Shown piece after piece: positions 36,532 to 46,680 of a stretch of 64,000 bases of DNA. Position 1 is the first letter of the stretch, and the number at the start of each line of letters is the position of its first letter. Made by a program: the position numbers and the translations under genes. Source of the DNA: a virus. The notes under the pieces are model-generated. The model ran no database searches. It was given only the letters and a program-made list of their open reading frames with translations, and had not been told where the DNA came from. The stretch lies in IMG/VR virus record IMGVR_UViG_3300025276_000022. The stretch is one strand, 5' to 3'.

Positions 36532-36843
36532 ATGGCAGATAATAACACCGCATTAATAGACCATGTGCAACGTGAGGAATCTCGACTCGCAAGAATTGAG
36601 GACAAGATAGATAAACTTTCAGACGCAATGATCGATCTCGCTCGTGCTGAAGAAAAACTTATAAACATAGAAAAATCAAGCTCCCAACATTTTGAACGTA
36701 TGAATCGTTTCTCCATGAGAATGGATGATATGGAAGATACCGTTCAGGAACAGGGAAAGACAGTAAAGGTCATGCAGTATATCATTACGTTATCTGCAAC
36801 CGTCTTTGCTGGTTTGGTCGTCAAAGTATTCTTTGACGCTTAA
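36532..36843 (+). CDS. Coiled-coil protein with C-terminal TM helix
   Basis: RLARIEDKIDKL heptads; hydrophobic C-terminus. Confidence 0.7.
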   Translation: MADNNTALIDHVQREESRLARIEDKIDKLSDAMIDLARAEEKLINIEKSSSQHFERMNRFSMRMDDMEDTVQEQGKTVKVMQYIITLSATVFAGLVVKVFFDA

Positions 36844-36862
36844 TATTTAACCGGAGACTAAA

Positions 36863-37726
36863 GTGATGTCAAACATCAATAATATAATGGAGGCTTATTT
36901 GTCAATGAAGGTCTCCGAGCAAGAAGCACTTGCCGAAGCTAAAAAGTTGGATGCAGTAGACGATAAGGCGAACGATAAGAAGTTCACTGATCGTAAAGAT
37001 AAAGATATAGATAACGACGGTGACGTAGATTCATCTGATGAGTTCTTACATAAGAAGCGTAAGGCAATCGACAACGAGATTGACGGTGGAGAGAAACCTG
37101 CTGACAATGCTAAACCTAAGAAGGGTGTTAATCCTTTCAAGAAGGAAGAAGTTGAGATTGACGAAGCACGTCAAATGAAAGATCCTAAGAAAGACACTAT
37201 GGTCACTAAGGGTGGTAAGACTATCGTAATCGACAAGTCTAAGGAAGCAGAATACCTCAAGAAGGGTTGGACACTATCTGAAGAAAAAGACGAAGAAGAA
37301 GATGATGTCGAGACTGATAAGAAACCTTTCCCACCTAAGAAGAAGAAGCCTGCAGATGTAGATGGTGATGTTGAAGAACCAGAAGCTGACGGAGATTCCG
37401 AAATTAAAAAGAATCCCAAGACTGCGGATAAGAAAGCTGAGATCTCTAAGATCGAGAGTGTAGACACTCGTTCTGCGTTTGAAAAAATGTGGTCAGAGAT
37501 TGTTGAAGCAACTGCGCCTAAGAAAGATGGCGAGAAGTACGATGATAACTCATCCCAGCACGATAAGGACGTTATCAAAAATCATAAGAAGTCTGATAAG
37601 AAGATTGAAGATGGTGTAGAAGATAGTCACGCCAAGACCTTTAAAGCTGGTGGTAAGGATCAAAAACAAGCCCCTGCTCGAAGCGGTGCTGACAATCTGA
37701 AAAATGGTGACAAATCACCTAAGTAA
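36863..37726 (+). CDS. Charged low-complexity protein (prohead core/internal protein-like)
   Basis: DKDIDNDGDVDSSDEFLH motif; EEVEIDE linker. Confidence 0.65.
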   Translation: MMSNINNIMEAYLSMKVSEQEALAEAKKLDAVDDKANDKKFTDRKDKDIDNDGDVDSSDEFLHKKRKAIDNEIDGGEKPADNAKPKKGVNPFKKEEVEIDEARQMKDPKKDTMVTKGGKTIVIDKSKEAEYLKKGWTLSEEKDEEEDDVETDKKPFPPKKKKPADVDGDVEEPEADGDSEIKKNPKTADKKAEISKIESVDTRSAFEKMWSEIVEATAPKKDGEKYDDNSSQHDKDVIKNHKKSDKKIEDGVEDSHAKTFKAGGKDQKQAPARSGADNLKNGDKSPK

Positions 37727-37754
37727 TTCATTGTTATTGATAAGGTATTAAATC

Positions 37755-37988
37755 ATGTTAGAACCTATGCTTCGGTATATTGTAGAGCTATTTCGTCAAG
37801 ATCCACCGACAGAAGTTGTTACAGTTAAGGGGACTAGTGATGAAAACGTTCCTACTATACCGATAGAGGATATGACTAAGGGTCAAATAGACGAACTTGG
37901 AAAGGCGAATGGTGTAAGATTAGACTGTCGCCGTAGAAAAGGAATTCTAGTTGCGAAGATGAAGGAAGCAGGAATCCACCACGGATAG
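37755..37988 (+). CDS. HeH-like small protein
   Basis: MTKGQIDELG..GVRLD.RRRK. Confidence 0.55.
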   Translation: MLEPMLRYIVELFRQDPPTEVVTVKGTSDENVPTIPIEDMTKGQIDELGKANGVRLDCRRRKGILVAKMKEAGIHHG

Positions 37989-37991
37989 TCC

Positions 37992-38948
37992 ATGTCTTTC
38001 AAATACTATGTGCTTACTAGTAGTAACATCCGGACATTAGAACGTCAATTTGCTACCCTCAAACCTAATGAGACCGTGGTTATCATAAACTCTCTGGATC
38101 CAGAGTACGTTATTGAGGCCACGGGATTTTGTACGAATAATGATATTCAATATCACATAACCGAATCAGACGGCACACCTTCAACTGGTAAGAACTCATT
38201 GCTCGATAAATTCTTAGAGAGCGATAACGAGTATATGGTACAGGTTGACGGTGATGATGTAATCACCCCCTACGGTAGAAACCTCTACCGAACAGTTGCT
38301 CACTGCGACTCTCCCCCAGACATGATATGTTTAGCGAATCAACTGTCGATCAAAACTCCTCGAGCAGACTTCTTCTCTTTGTTTCAAAAGCAAGTAGACA
38401 GTAGATCCGTTAGCAAGAAGCACTTCTATATCCCAATGAAACATTCTCATCATTGGACACATGATTTAAAAACAAGAAACACTCGTGGGGTTTATGTTCC
38501 TAAAGTCAGCGAACCGGACATAGAAAAACTTATTAGAGTTGGTATTGAGCCAACTGTCGCTAGACAATGGATGGAGAACCGAAAGGTAGCAGAAGATTAT
38601 AGTGTGGATTATGGTGACATGATGAACACTCTCAACCGGCTTGTATTCTACTCACGTAAGGCAGCAGAGTATACTAGGTTCGATACTGAGCATAGAATAG
38701 GTGAAGATGCTCTACAATACTATCAATTGAAAAAACTATCGCATGAAGGTAAATTGGATATGCGAGTAAGGAATGAAAATCCTAAGTACTCTTATCTGTA
38801 CATGCAGGATTTTGATAGTACTACTCGACATGGAGTTCCAGAACTTAGTTGGATATTGCCTCTTATTACAAAACTAAATAGTATGGATATGTATCCAAAG
38901 GGGTACAGACTACCGGAGTTTGAAGACCCATACTATGAAGTTGACTAA
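37992..38948 (+). CDS. GT-A fold glycosyltransferase-like protein (paralog of 23166-24065)
   Basis: ITESDGTPSTGKNS, VDGDD, IGED. Confidence 0.6.
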   Translation: MSFKYYVLTSSNIRTLERQFATLKPNETVVIINSLDPEYVIEATGFCTNNDIQYHITESDGTPSTGKNSLLDKFLESDNEYMVQVDGDDVITPYGRNLYRTVAHCDSPPDMICLANQLSIKTPRADFFSLFQKQVDSRSVSKKHFYIPMKHSHHWTHDLKTRNTRGVYVPKVSEPDIEKLIRVGIEPTVARQWMENRKVAEDYSVDYGDMMNTLNRLVFYSRKAAEYTRFDTEHRIGEDALQYYQLKKLSHEGKLDMRVRNENPKYSYLYMQDFDSTTRHGVPELSWILPLITKLNSMDMYPKGYRLPEFEDPYYEVD

Positions 38949-39303
38949 GAATAATCTTGTAGTCTATGCTGCAAAGCATTACTACAACCCCACCTTTATC
39001 GACGGTGAGGAATTTAATGATGATATCAAGAGATTTAAGTATGTGAAGAGACTGGTGAATCGGTATCATCAGCATGGCGACCTTGCCGAAAGACTGATAT
39101 TGAATCATCTAATAGTGATCTTTAATGTCTTTGGTTATGAGGCTGGAGTTGAGATGTTAGCATTAAAACTCCCTCTAGAACAGTGGCCAACAATCAAACC
39201 ATTTCTCATTTTTCTGAATGCTATAAAAAATGATGATATTACAGGTATCGAAATGGATAAATACGTTATAGAAAAGTTGAGAGAAATAAGATGGGCATCC
39301 TAA
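38935..39303 (+). CDS. Conserved T4-like hypothetical protein
   Basis: YAAKHYYNP..KRFKYVKRL..ERLILNH. Confidence 0.75.
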   Translation: MKLTKNNLVVYAAKHYYNPTFIDGEEFNDDIKRFKYVKRLVNRYHQHGDLAERLILNHLIVIFNVFGYEAGVEMLALKLPLEQWPTIKPFLIFLNAIKNDDITGIEMDKYVIEKLREIRWAS

Positions 39304-39884
39304 AGTCAGCCGCAGACATAGTCTACACAATTAGATTTTTAAAACTACTCGTTACTAAGTTCGAGGACACAGGTGCGTTCAAAGCAGGCATCATTGATAA
39401 GGACGGTAAAAAGAACCCAGACTTCTCTATGGATAAGATGGATGACCGTGAGGCATATCGTGATCATTATACCTCCTTCCATCGTCTTGTTTATAACCTA
39501 AAGAAAATTATGGCAAAGGCTCCTGGCGGTTCTTCGGTAGTCGCTCGGTATGGTGCTGCGCTTGCATTGATTAAAGAACATGGTGAACTATCTAACTCTA
39601 ATCTACAAAAGATACATGAGAAGACTGGTATTGATATCTTGGACATTCTAATGGAAAGTTCTCAGTGGTATGTCCTAGAGAATGGATGCGTTGGACAAGG
39701 TGTCTATCGTATGCGTAATAACTCTATGATTGATACTGGAGAAGAATTAGTCCGGAAGGGAGATCAAGTACGTATCTCCGAAGATAATCTATGTCATAAC
39801 ATCCTAGGTATACCCGTATACGAAGGAACCCACTTACGAACAGGTAAACGTATTCTGTTCTCCGCTAACGAGATAATGAAATGA
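39291..39884 (+). CDS. Conserved T4-like hypothetical protein
   Basis: YTIRFLKLL..AFKAGIID..YT.FHRLV.NLKK. Confidence 0.75.
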   Translation: MGILKSAADIVYTIRFLKLLVTKFEDTGAFKAGIIDKDGKKNPDFSMDKMDDREAYRDHYTSFHRLVYNLKKIMAKAPGGSSVVARYGAALALIKEHGELSNSNLQKIHEKTGIDILDILMESSQWYVLENGCVGQGVYRMRNNSMIDTGEELVRKGDQVRISEDNLCHNILGIPVYEGTHLRTGKRILFSANEIMK

Positions 39885-40072
39885 AAACATATAAAGAATT
39901 CATGCAATCATTCGAAGAAGAGATTGCTAACAATACTTCAGGCGTTTCTGGTGCTGGTGAAAACCCAGACCAAACCGTAGTTATACGCAAGAAGCACGAT
40001 CGCAAAAATTCGCGTAAGAATGCAGCTGCACTACTCAGAAGAGTTTTTCCAGAAAGATTTGAAAATAAGTAG
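39881..40072 (+). CDS. Small protein with capsid-targeting-like N-terminus
   Basis: MKTYKEFMQSFEE. Confidence 0.65.
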   Translation: MKTYKEFMQSFEEEIANNTSGVSGAGENPDQTVVIRKKHDRKNSRKNAAALLRRVFPERFENK

Positions 40073-40137
40073 TAACTGTCCCTTGACAAACTAACCAAAG
40101 TACTATATAATTCTATATTAAATCGAAGAGTTATAGC

Positions 40138-40473
40138 ATGAAAATTATTGAACGCCCCGACTACAAGATCGTCATTCTTGAAACTAATGACGATAGCCTC
40201 GGTGACCTATTAGAAACCAATGATATGGATAAACTCATATTCGTTGCTATGCAAGGTTACCACGCAGGCGACCTCCCTATAGAAAGATTCCTAGTTAAAA
40301 ATCGCACTGCCCCATTTAAAAATCATTTAATGTGGGAAGGCTTCTTTGACCCTAAAGAAGAGGACGCATACATAGTTAACCGTTGTAATTTGTTCTGGGA
40401 ATCTGGTAAAGGGATGCTCATCGAAGAGTATGAGTATCAAAGTGATGAACCATTCTACGACTACAGCAAATAG
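40138..40473 (+). CDS. Hypothetical protein
   Basis: Downstream of promoter 40083-40111. Confidence 0.65.
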   Translation: MKIIERPDYKIVILETNDDSLGDLLETNDMDKLIFVAMQGYHAGDLPIERFLVKNRTAPFKNHLMWEGFFDPKEEDAYIVNRCNLFWESGKGMLIEEYEYQSDEPFYDYSK

Positions 40474-40479
40474 GTTATT

Positions 40480-40833
40480 ATGTCCGGTATACTGAACCAT
40501 CTAAAGGGGTATGAATCTTTGTATAGAATCATATCCGGTATTGACAAAAACCTATTTAAAGTGTATAATATCCCGTATTGCACACATCAAAGCAATGAAG
40601 TATTTCTCGTAGTAATGTCAGATGATGTGCATATACCTACCGAGATACGTGAAGCATGGTCAGTTGCACAAGGCCATTGTCTAGATAACGGGGTGACTCT
40701 AAACCTTATTATCATGAAGGTAGAAGAATATAAGAATTGGGTGAACACTGAATTGCCCTATATAAATGATGTCGAGTGCTCTTCGACACCTAAATTACTT
40801 GAAAGTGGTTACTTCTCTATAGATGGAAAGTGA
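40480..40833 (+). CDS. Hypothetical protein
   Basis: ORF only; contains an internal TTGACA/TATAAT promoter. Confidence 0.5.
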   Translation: MSGILNHLKGYESLYRIISGIDKNLFKVYNIPYCTHQSNEVFLVVMSDDVHIPTEIREAWSVAQGHCLDNGVTLNLIIMKVEEYKNWVNTELPYINDVECSSTPKLLESGYFSIDGK

Positions 40834-40855
40834 TCCAACTAATGGAATAATAATA

Positions 40856-42853
40856 ATGACAGTCGATGTGAAATATGATAGGGACGAGTTACTTACAGAC
40901 TATGCTGTAGGAATGCTAAAAGATTTTTATATGATAGATGGAGAAGATTCTCCGCAAGACGCATATGCAAGAGCAGCGACTGCATGGTCAATGTATAAGG
41001 GGCAGATGGATGAAGTCCTAGCACGACGATTATATGAATATGTTTCCAAGAAATGGTTTATGTTTGCTTCACCAGTCCTCTCAAACGCACCAGATGGTGA
41101 CAAGAAGTCAAAGGGACTTCCTATCTCATGTTTCCTCACATATGTACCGGACACGTTAGAGGGACTAATTGACCACACCTCAGAGTTACGCTGGTTGTCC
41201 GTTATGGGAGGTGGAGTTGGTGGTCACTGGAGTGATGTACGTACGGTGTCTGACATAGCGCCCGGGCCCATACCTTTCATGCATACTGTAGACGCAGATA
41301 TGATTGCCTACCGACAGGGTAAGACGCGTAAGGGTTCTTATGCAGCATACCTAGATGTTGGTCATCCAGACATTATTGAATTCCTAAATATACGGATACC
41401 CACAGGTGATGTTCAACGTAAAGCTCTGAACATTCACAATGCTATAAATATTAGCGATGAGTTTATGACTGCGGTTATAGACAACACAAATTTTAACTTA
41501 CGTGATCCTAAAGATGGTACAGTAAAAGAAGCCATCAATGCACGTAAGTTATGGGAGCGAATCCTTGAGGTTCGATTCCGTACGGGTGAACCGTACTTAA
41601 ACTTTATTGATACTGCGAATCGAGATCTACCCCAACCTCTAAAGGATTTGGGATTGAAGATTCACGGATCAAACTTATGCAATGAAATTCACTTACCAAC
41701 ATCAGCAGATAGAACTGCGGTATGTTGTCTGTCTTCCCTCAACTTAGAGTACTATGACGAGTGGAAGGATACCAACATTATACGAGACATCGTCCGTATG
41801 TTGGATAACGTTCTTGAGTACTTTATTGAGAACGCACCGGACAACATCTCCAGAGCAAGATACTCTGCGGAACGTGAACGATCAATTGGTTTGGGTGCAA
41901 TGGGATTCCATTCACTCTTACAAAAGCACTCTGTCCCTTGGGAATCTGATAAAGCCCGAGAGATAAATAAGGTTGTCTTTGAGAACATCCAAAGACAAGC
42001 TGTAGAAGAGTCACGGCTCCTAGCGAAAGAGCGAGGCGAATACTCAGACGGTATATCGTCAGGAATGCGTAATTCGCATCTAATAGCAATCGCGCCTAAC
42101 GCATCGTCAGGAGTCATTTTATCTACATCACCATCTATCGAACCACTGAAGGCATGTGCTTATACGCATAGAACTCGTGCTGGTTCGTTCTTAGTGAAGA
42201 ACGTTTATCTGACCCGACTTCTAAAAGAGAAGGGTCATGATAACGAATCTACGTGGACAAGCATTATCACCAAGAAAGGGTCGGTGCAACACCTACCTTT
42301 TCTGAATGAAGGTGAGAAGGCAATCTATAAGACTGCGCAGGAACTTGATCAAAACTGGGTGGTGACCCACGCGGCAGACCGGCAACCATTTATTTGTCAG
42401 GGTCAGTCAGTCAATCTATTTTTCCCATCGGGTGCACCTAAGGCATATGTCAATAAGGTACACTTCAGCGCATGGAAGAAAGGGTTGAAAGGTCTATACT
42501 ATCTACGCACCGAAGCTACATCACGTGCAGAGACGGTATCGGACAAAGTCGAACGAGTCGCATTGATGGACGACCACCGAACGATAATCTATGGGAAATC
42601 TAACTGCCCATGGTGTGTTAAGGCAATAGAAGAGTTACAACTCCGTGGAGTTGACTTCGACTATATCGACCTTGAAGAAATAAAGAAGTCTGCGGCAGAA
42701 GTAACTGGTCGTAAAGATGTCAAAACGGTTCCACAGATTTATATCGAAGGAAGATATATCGGTGGTTATGAAGACCTTATGCTCCAATTAGAAACTGATA
42801 TAGACCTTGGGCCTATTGATGACGGAGATGAATGTCGAGCATGCGAAGGATAA
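40856..42853 (+). CDS. nrdA: Class I ribonucleotide reductase alpha subunit with inserted glutaredoxin domain
   Basis: ISCF, GSNLCNE, APNASS, LYYLR; CPWC..TVPQI..IGGY; terminal CRAC. Confidence 0.95.
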   Translation: MTVDVKYDRDELLTDYAVGMLKDFYMIDGEDSPQDAYARAATAWSMYKGQMDEVLARRLYEYVSKKWFMFASPVLSNAPDGDKKSKGLPISCFLTYVPDTLEGLIDHTSELRWLSVMGGGVGGHWSDVRTVSDIAPGPIPFMHTVDADMIAYRQGKTRKGSYAAYLDVGHPDIIEFLNIRIPTGDVQRKALNIHNAINISDEFMTAVIDNTNFNLRDPKDGTVKEAINARKLWERILEVRFRTGEPYLNFIDTANRDLPQPLKDLGLKIHGSNLCNEIHLPTSADRTAVCCLSSLNLEYYDEWKDTNIIRDIVRMLDNVLEYFIENAPDNISRARYSAERERSIGLGAMGFHSLLQKHSVPWESDKAREINKVVFENIQRQAVEESRLLAKERGEYSDGISSGMRNSHLIAIAPNASSGVILSTSPSIEPLKACAYTHRTRAGSFLVKNVYLTRLLKEKGHDNESTWTSIITKKGSVQHLPFLNEGEKAIYKTAQELDQNWVVTHAADRQPFICQGQSVNLFFPSGAPKAYVNKVHFSAWKKGLKGLYYLRTEATSRAETVSDKVERVALMDDHRTIIYGKSNCPWCVKAIEELQLRGVDFDYIDLEEIKKSAAEVTGRKDVKTVPQIYIEGRYIGGYEDLMLQLETDIDLGPIDDGDECRACEG

Positions 42854-42880
42854 CAATAATTTAAAAGGTCTAATACTAAT

Positions 42881-43861
42881 ATGTCACTATTAAAATTTTC
42901 TACATCATACAAACCTTTCCTCTACCCTTGGGCAGTGGAATTGACTAAGAAACATGAAGAGATCCATTGGATCGAAGATGAAGCAGAACTATCCGAAGAC
43001 GTGCAGGATTGGAAAACAAAATTGACTGAGGAAGAGAAAACCTTCATCACTCATGTGCTACGATTGTTCACACAGTCGGATGTACAGGTAGGAGAGAACT
43101 ACCACGAACTTCTAATACCGAAGTTTAAAAATAACGAAGTACGTAACATGCTAGGATCTTTCGCAAACCGCGAAGGTGTGCATCAACGTGCATACGCTCT
43201 ATTGAATGATACTCTTGGCCTACCAGACGAAGACTATCACGCATTCTTAGAGTATACCGAAATGGCGGATAAGATCGACTTCATGAAGAGTGGTAACATA
43301 TCTACTCACATGGGACTCGCACTTGCGTTGGCACAGTCAGTGTTCAATGAAGGTATGTCTGTATTCGCATCATTTGTTATGCTACTTAACTTCCAACGTT
43401 TTGGAAAGATGAAGGGTATGGCAACAATTGTCGAGTGGTCTATTCGAGACGAGACTATTCATGTACAAGGTAATGCGAAGTTGTTCCGTGAGTTCACTAA
43501 TGAACACTCACGTATTGTGAACGACGAACTAAAGTCTAAGATCTACGAGATGGCAGAGAATGCTGTTAAACTGGAAGACAAGTTCATTCAACTCGCATTT
43601 AAAGGAAATCATGTTCAAGGGTTAACTAAGAAAGAAGTTCGCGACTATGTGCGTCACATTGCTGACCGTCGTCTACTCCAGTTAGGAATGAAGCCCATGT
43701 TCAAACAAAAGACAAATCCACTCCCTTGGTTAGACTGGGTACTGAACGGAGCATCACACGACAACTTCTTTGAGAAACGTGTGACCGAATACTCGGTTGC
43801 TGGTATGGACGGCGAAGACTTCGGTTGGGAAGAGTTGGAGTCAGAGACAAAATATGGATAA
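42881..43861 (+). CDS. nrdB: Ribonucleotide reductase beta subunit
   Basis: FTQSD, EGVH..AY, EG, RDETIH, NFFEKRVTEY. Confidence 0.95.
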   Translation: MSLLKFSTSYKPFLYPWAVELTKKHEEIHWIEDEAELSEDVQDWKTKLTEEEKTFITHVLRLFTQSDVQVGENYHELLIPKFKNNEVRNMLGSFANREGVHQRAYALLNDTLGLPDEDYHAFLEYTEMADKIDFMKSGNISTHMGLALALAQSVFNEGMSVFASFVMLLNFQRFGKMKGMATIVEWSIRDETIHVQGNAKLFREFTNEHSRIVNDELKSKIYEMAENAVKLEDKFIQLAFKGNHVQGLTKKEVRDYVRHIADRRLLQLGMKPMFKQKTNPLPWLDWVLNGASHDNFFEKRVTEYSVAGMDGEDFGWEELESETKYG

Positions 43862-44000
43862 GCAATACGGTATAGAATGCCCTATCTGCGATATCGAAAC
43901 TGTTATTGGGGTGCCGTACGATGATGATCTTCCTCGGCATTGCCCCATGTGCGGTTCGGACGCAGACGCTGAGGAAATAGAACCAGAAGAGTTTGATTGA
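43854..44000 (+). CDS. Zinc-ribbon miniprotein
   Basis: CPIC..CPMCG. Confidence 0.7.
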   Translation: MDKQYGIECPICDIETVIGVPYDDDLPRHCPMCGSDADAEEIEPEEFD

Positions 44001-44033
44001 TCCTACACCTTTAATGCTTATATAAGTAGGTGT

Positions 44034-44450
44034 ATGGAATGGACATTTGAAGACAAAGCTTTCGACCCCGAAGAATCTTTTCTAGAAGATTATCAGGGAT
44101 TCGTGTACATAGTGACTGAACTCAGTACTGGGAAGAAGTACCTAGGTAAAAAGTTTTTCTGGAAACCCAAAACCCTGCCAGTAACAAAGAAGCGAAAGCG
44201 TAAAATAAAAACGCGAGTACAGTCTGACTGGAAGAAATATTTTGGGTCAAGTCTAGAAGTAAAAGCTTTGGTAGAACAGAAAGGTGCAGAGAGTTTCAAG
44301 AGAGAAGTTTTAAAACTCTGCCGCACCAAAGGGGAATGCTCCTACTACGAAGCAAAACTACAGTTCCAATATGATGTCCTACTCAGTGACGAATTCTATA
44401 ACGCCTTCATCGGCTGTAAGATACACGCGAAACATTTACCAAAAGATTAA
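44034..44450 (+). CDS. GIY-YIG family protein
   Basis: GFVY..KKYLGKK..YFGSS..FKRE..FYN. Confidence 0.8.
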   Translation: MEWTFEDKAFDPEESFLEDYQGFVYIVTELSTGKKYLGKKFFWKPKTLPVTKKRKRKIKTRVQSDWKKYFGSSLEVKALVEQKGAESFKREVLKLCRTKGECSYYEAKLQFQYDVLLSDEFYNAFIGCKIHAKHLPKD

Positions 44451-44453
44451 TCT

Positions 44454-44777
44454 ATGAGTATTACCATGACTCCTGCTGCGGAACATCATGTACTCACACA
44501 TCTACAGCATCGTGCTAAGGGTGTGGGTGTGCGATTGGGTGTCCGTACTACTGGGTGTTCTGGTTTATCATATGTGCTAGAGTTTGTCGACGACACTCAC
44601 GAAGAAGATATTGTCACGCAATGTGGCGAGGTCAAATTAGTTGTAGACCCTAAGAGTCTAATGTACCTAGACGGTACTGAATTGGATTATGTTAGGGAAG
44701 GTCTTAACGAGGGATTCGAATTTAAGAATCCCAACGTATCAGACGAATGTGGTTGTGGAGAAAGTTTCCACGTCTAA
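44454..44777 (+). CDS. iscA: A-type Fe-S cluster carrier IscA
   Basis: [28 protein letters not shown]. Confidence 0.95.
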   Translation: MSITMTPAAEHHVLTHLQHRAKGVGVRLGVRTTGCSGLSYVLEFVDDTHEEDIVTQCGEVKLVVDPKSLMYLDGTELDYVREGLNEGFEFKNPNVSDECGCGESFHV

Positions 44778-44950
44778 AGAGTAGGGACGATATTAGCGTA
44801 ACTGATCACTTGATCACCACTGTTAAAGTTCCTTGGCGTAATGACAAGTCCATACTGATTCATCATCTTAACAATACCTACCCTTATAGTGTCGCTGCTG
44901 TGTTTATACTGGACAACATCGCCTATATTAATTTTAACTCTCATAACCAT
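44774..44950 (-). CDS. Small KOW/SH3-like early protein (not in the ORF track)
   Basis: GGAG ribosome-binding site; [16 protein letters not shown]... Confidence 0.5.
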   Translation of the reverse strand: MVMRVKINIGDVVQYKHSSDTIRVGIVKMMNQYGLVITPRNFNSGDQVISYANIVPTL

Positions 44951-44955
44951 TCTCC

Positions 44956-45123
44956 TTAAAACCGTGCGACATACGCTTCATCAGAAGACATCCGAGAGCG
45001 GTTACAAGGCACTTGCAAGTTAATCTTCTCTGCATACTCATGAGCAGCCATCGCACTAGAGAACACCTTAGCACATAGGGGGCGATCAGTCTTGATACAC
45101 AATAGACGGTAGTAATAAAACAT
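44956..45123 (-). CDS. Hypothetical early protein
   Basis: Coupled to the upstream stop. Confidence 0.55.
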   Translation of the reverse strand: MFYYYRLLCIKTDRPLCAKVFSSAMAAHEYAEKINLQVPCNRSRMSSDEAYVARF

Positions 45124-45440
45124 TAGTTCACTTCCTTGAAGCCGCACATCGCGACCTTGTAAGTTTTGTTGTCAAGCAACATGTAGTCTCCCATCGAGGT
45201 AGACCGCAAACCATACGTCACACCATCATGGACTGGCAAATCTACCAACACGGTCACATCTTCTGAGTAGTCTGGATTGAACTCTTTGGTAAAGTCTTTA
45301 CGACTCCAAGAACCTTGGATGTTCTGAGTACGAACATATGCATACTCAAGAGCGATGTCGCCAGTGCGATCACCGACGTTTACTTTAGCAACGATTGACG
45401 GAGTCTTCTCAAATGCTTGGTGGGTTACTGTAATAATCAT
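45123..45440 (-). CDS. YodL-like hypothetical protein
   Basis: LRSTSMGD motif. Confidence 0.65.
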   Translation of the reverse strand: MIITVTHQAFEKTPSIVAKVNVGDRTGDIALEYAYVRTQNIQGSWSRKDFTKEFNPDYSEDVTVLVDLPVHDGVTYGLRSTSMGDYMLLDNKTYKVAMCGFKEVN

Positions 45441-45451
45441 AATAATATTCC

Positions 45452-45670
45452 TTAAGCTAGGTCAATGGATAGTTTGGCATTGTACCAGAAATCTGATACA
45501 TCTGAATAGAGCACGACACACTGGTCGTGTTCGTAGTACTTACGTAGATTAAGTACAAAGTTGGTTAGTGAAGAACACCACACTTGGGTGATGTCATTCC
45601 CATGATGCCACCGCATAAAGGCAGACTCAATGTAAGACATGGGTAACGCAGAAGGTGATTGGTTTTTCAT
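45452..45670 (-). CDS. Hypothetical early protein
   Basis: Behind minus-strand promoter and GAGAGA leader. Confidence 0.6.
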   Translation of the reverse strand: MKNQSPSALPMSYIESAFMRWHHGNDITQVWCSSLTNFVLNLRKYYEHDQCVVLYSDVSDFWYNAKLSIDLA

Positions 45671-45701
45671 AATTTTCTCTCTTAACTCAATTTGTACAGC
45701 T

Positions 45702-45845
45702 ATTATATCATACTCGTTTTGAAAACGCAAGGCAATACAGCATTTTCTTTAGAACTTTTTGGCATATAGGGGTGGGCAACTATGCTTTATTGGTATAAAA
45801 ATAATAGTATAATGCCTTGACTTTTGTTTCGAAAACGAGTATAAT
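45702..45845. promoter_or_regulatory. Divergent early promoter pair
   Basis: Minus strand TTGCGT-17-TATAAT (45730-45702); plus strand TTGACT-17-TATAAT (45817-45845). Confidence 0.8.
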
Positions 45846-46176
45846 AGCTACATAAAGTCGAGTTGAGAGAGAGAATTGTTATGATGAAATTTGTATTGCG
45901 AAATGTTGTTAATGACCAGTTGATTGTTAATATGATGTTCGATACCGAAGCAGGTGCTATAGAGTACCGTGAATTGTTCACTGAGAAAGGAACTGCTTGG
46001 ATTGATTACTGTAAGGTTAGTTGGGAAAAATAATAGCTATATAAACTTGAGACGAGAGAGAATATTATGAGTGTAGAGAAAACTGTAACAACCACCACCC
46101 CCCAGCGGCAACTCACAAGCGCAGAGGCGATTGCGGTGTTCCGCAAAGCCCGCGCGGCCGCGAAGGAGAGAGCAGC

Positions 46177-46680
46177 ATGAAAATTGTTATTCAGACACAA
46201 CTACGCGAGAACTATGGTGCCCATACGTGGGACGGTGAAGGTAGATGTCCCCAACGCTGGAAGTTTAAGGGGGGTAACACCTACTTCGTCGACTGCACCT
46301 TAGCAGAGTCGCAAGACCCAGGCTACTGGTGTGAGTTAGCGTCTCTCATTAATGTACGTGACGAGTACTTTGATGAGTACATCACTAGTGAAGAGTTAGT
46401 GGATGCGATTGATTTCGATCCTGCTAACTACCACGAACATTGGGAGAACCCAATCTATTTGGAGAGAACCAATGGGGTTAATTGGGATGCTCAACAGATC
46501 TTTGAGTACAGTGAATACTTCCCTGCTCATGGGATTCTGAAACAGAAGGTGACTTCTTGGATGATGTTCCCAGATGGGATTGTAGAACACCACTCAGTTC
46601 TAGTCGAGACATGTGAAGGTGACGTGATGAGCTGGAAAGACGCGAACGAATATTACTCTGAAATGAAAGGAACTGTATAA
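46177..46680 (+). CDS. Hypothetical early protein
   Basis: TQLRENYGAH.WDG.G.CPQ.WKFKGG motif. Confidence 0.75.
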   Translation: MKIVIQTQLRENYGAHTWDGEGRCPQRWKFKGGNTYFVDCTLAESQDPGYWCELASLINVRDEYFDEYITSEELVDAIDFDPANYHEHWENPIYLERTNGVNWDAQQIFEYSEYFPAHGILKQKVTSWMMFPDGIVEHHSVLVETCEGDVMSWKDANEYYSEMKGTV

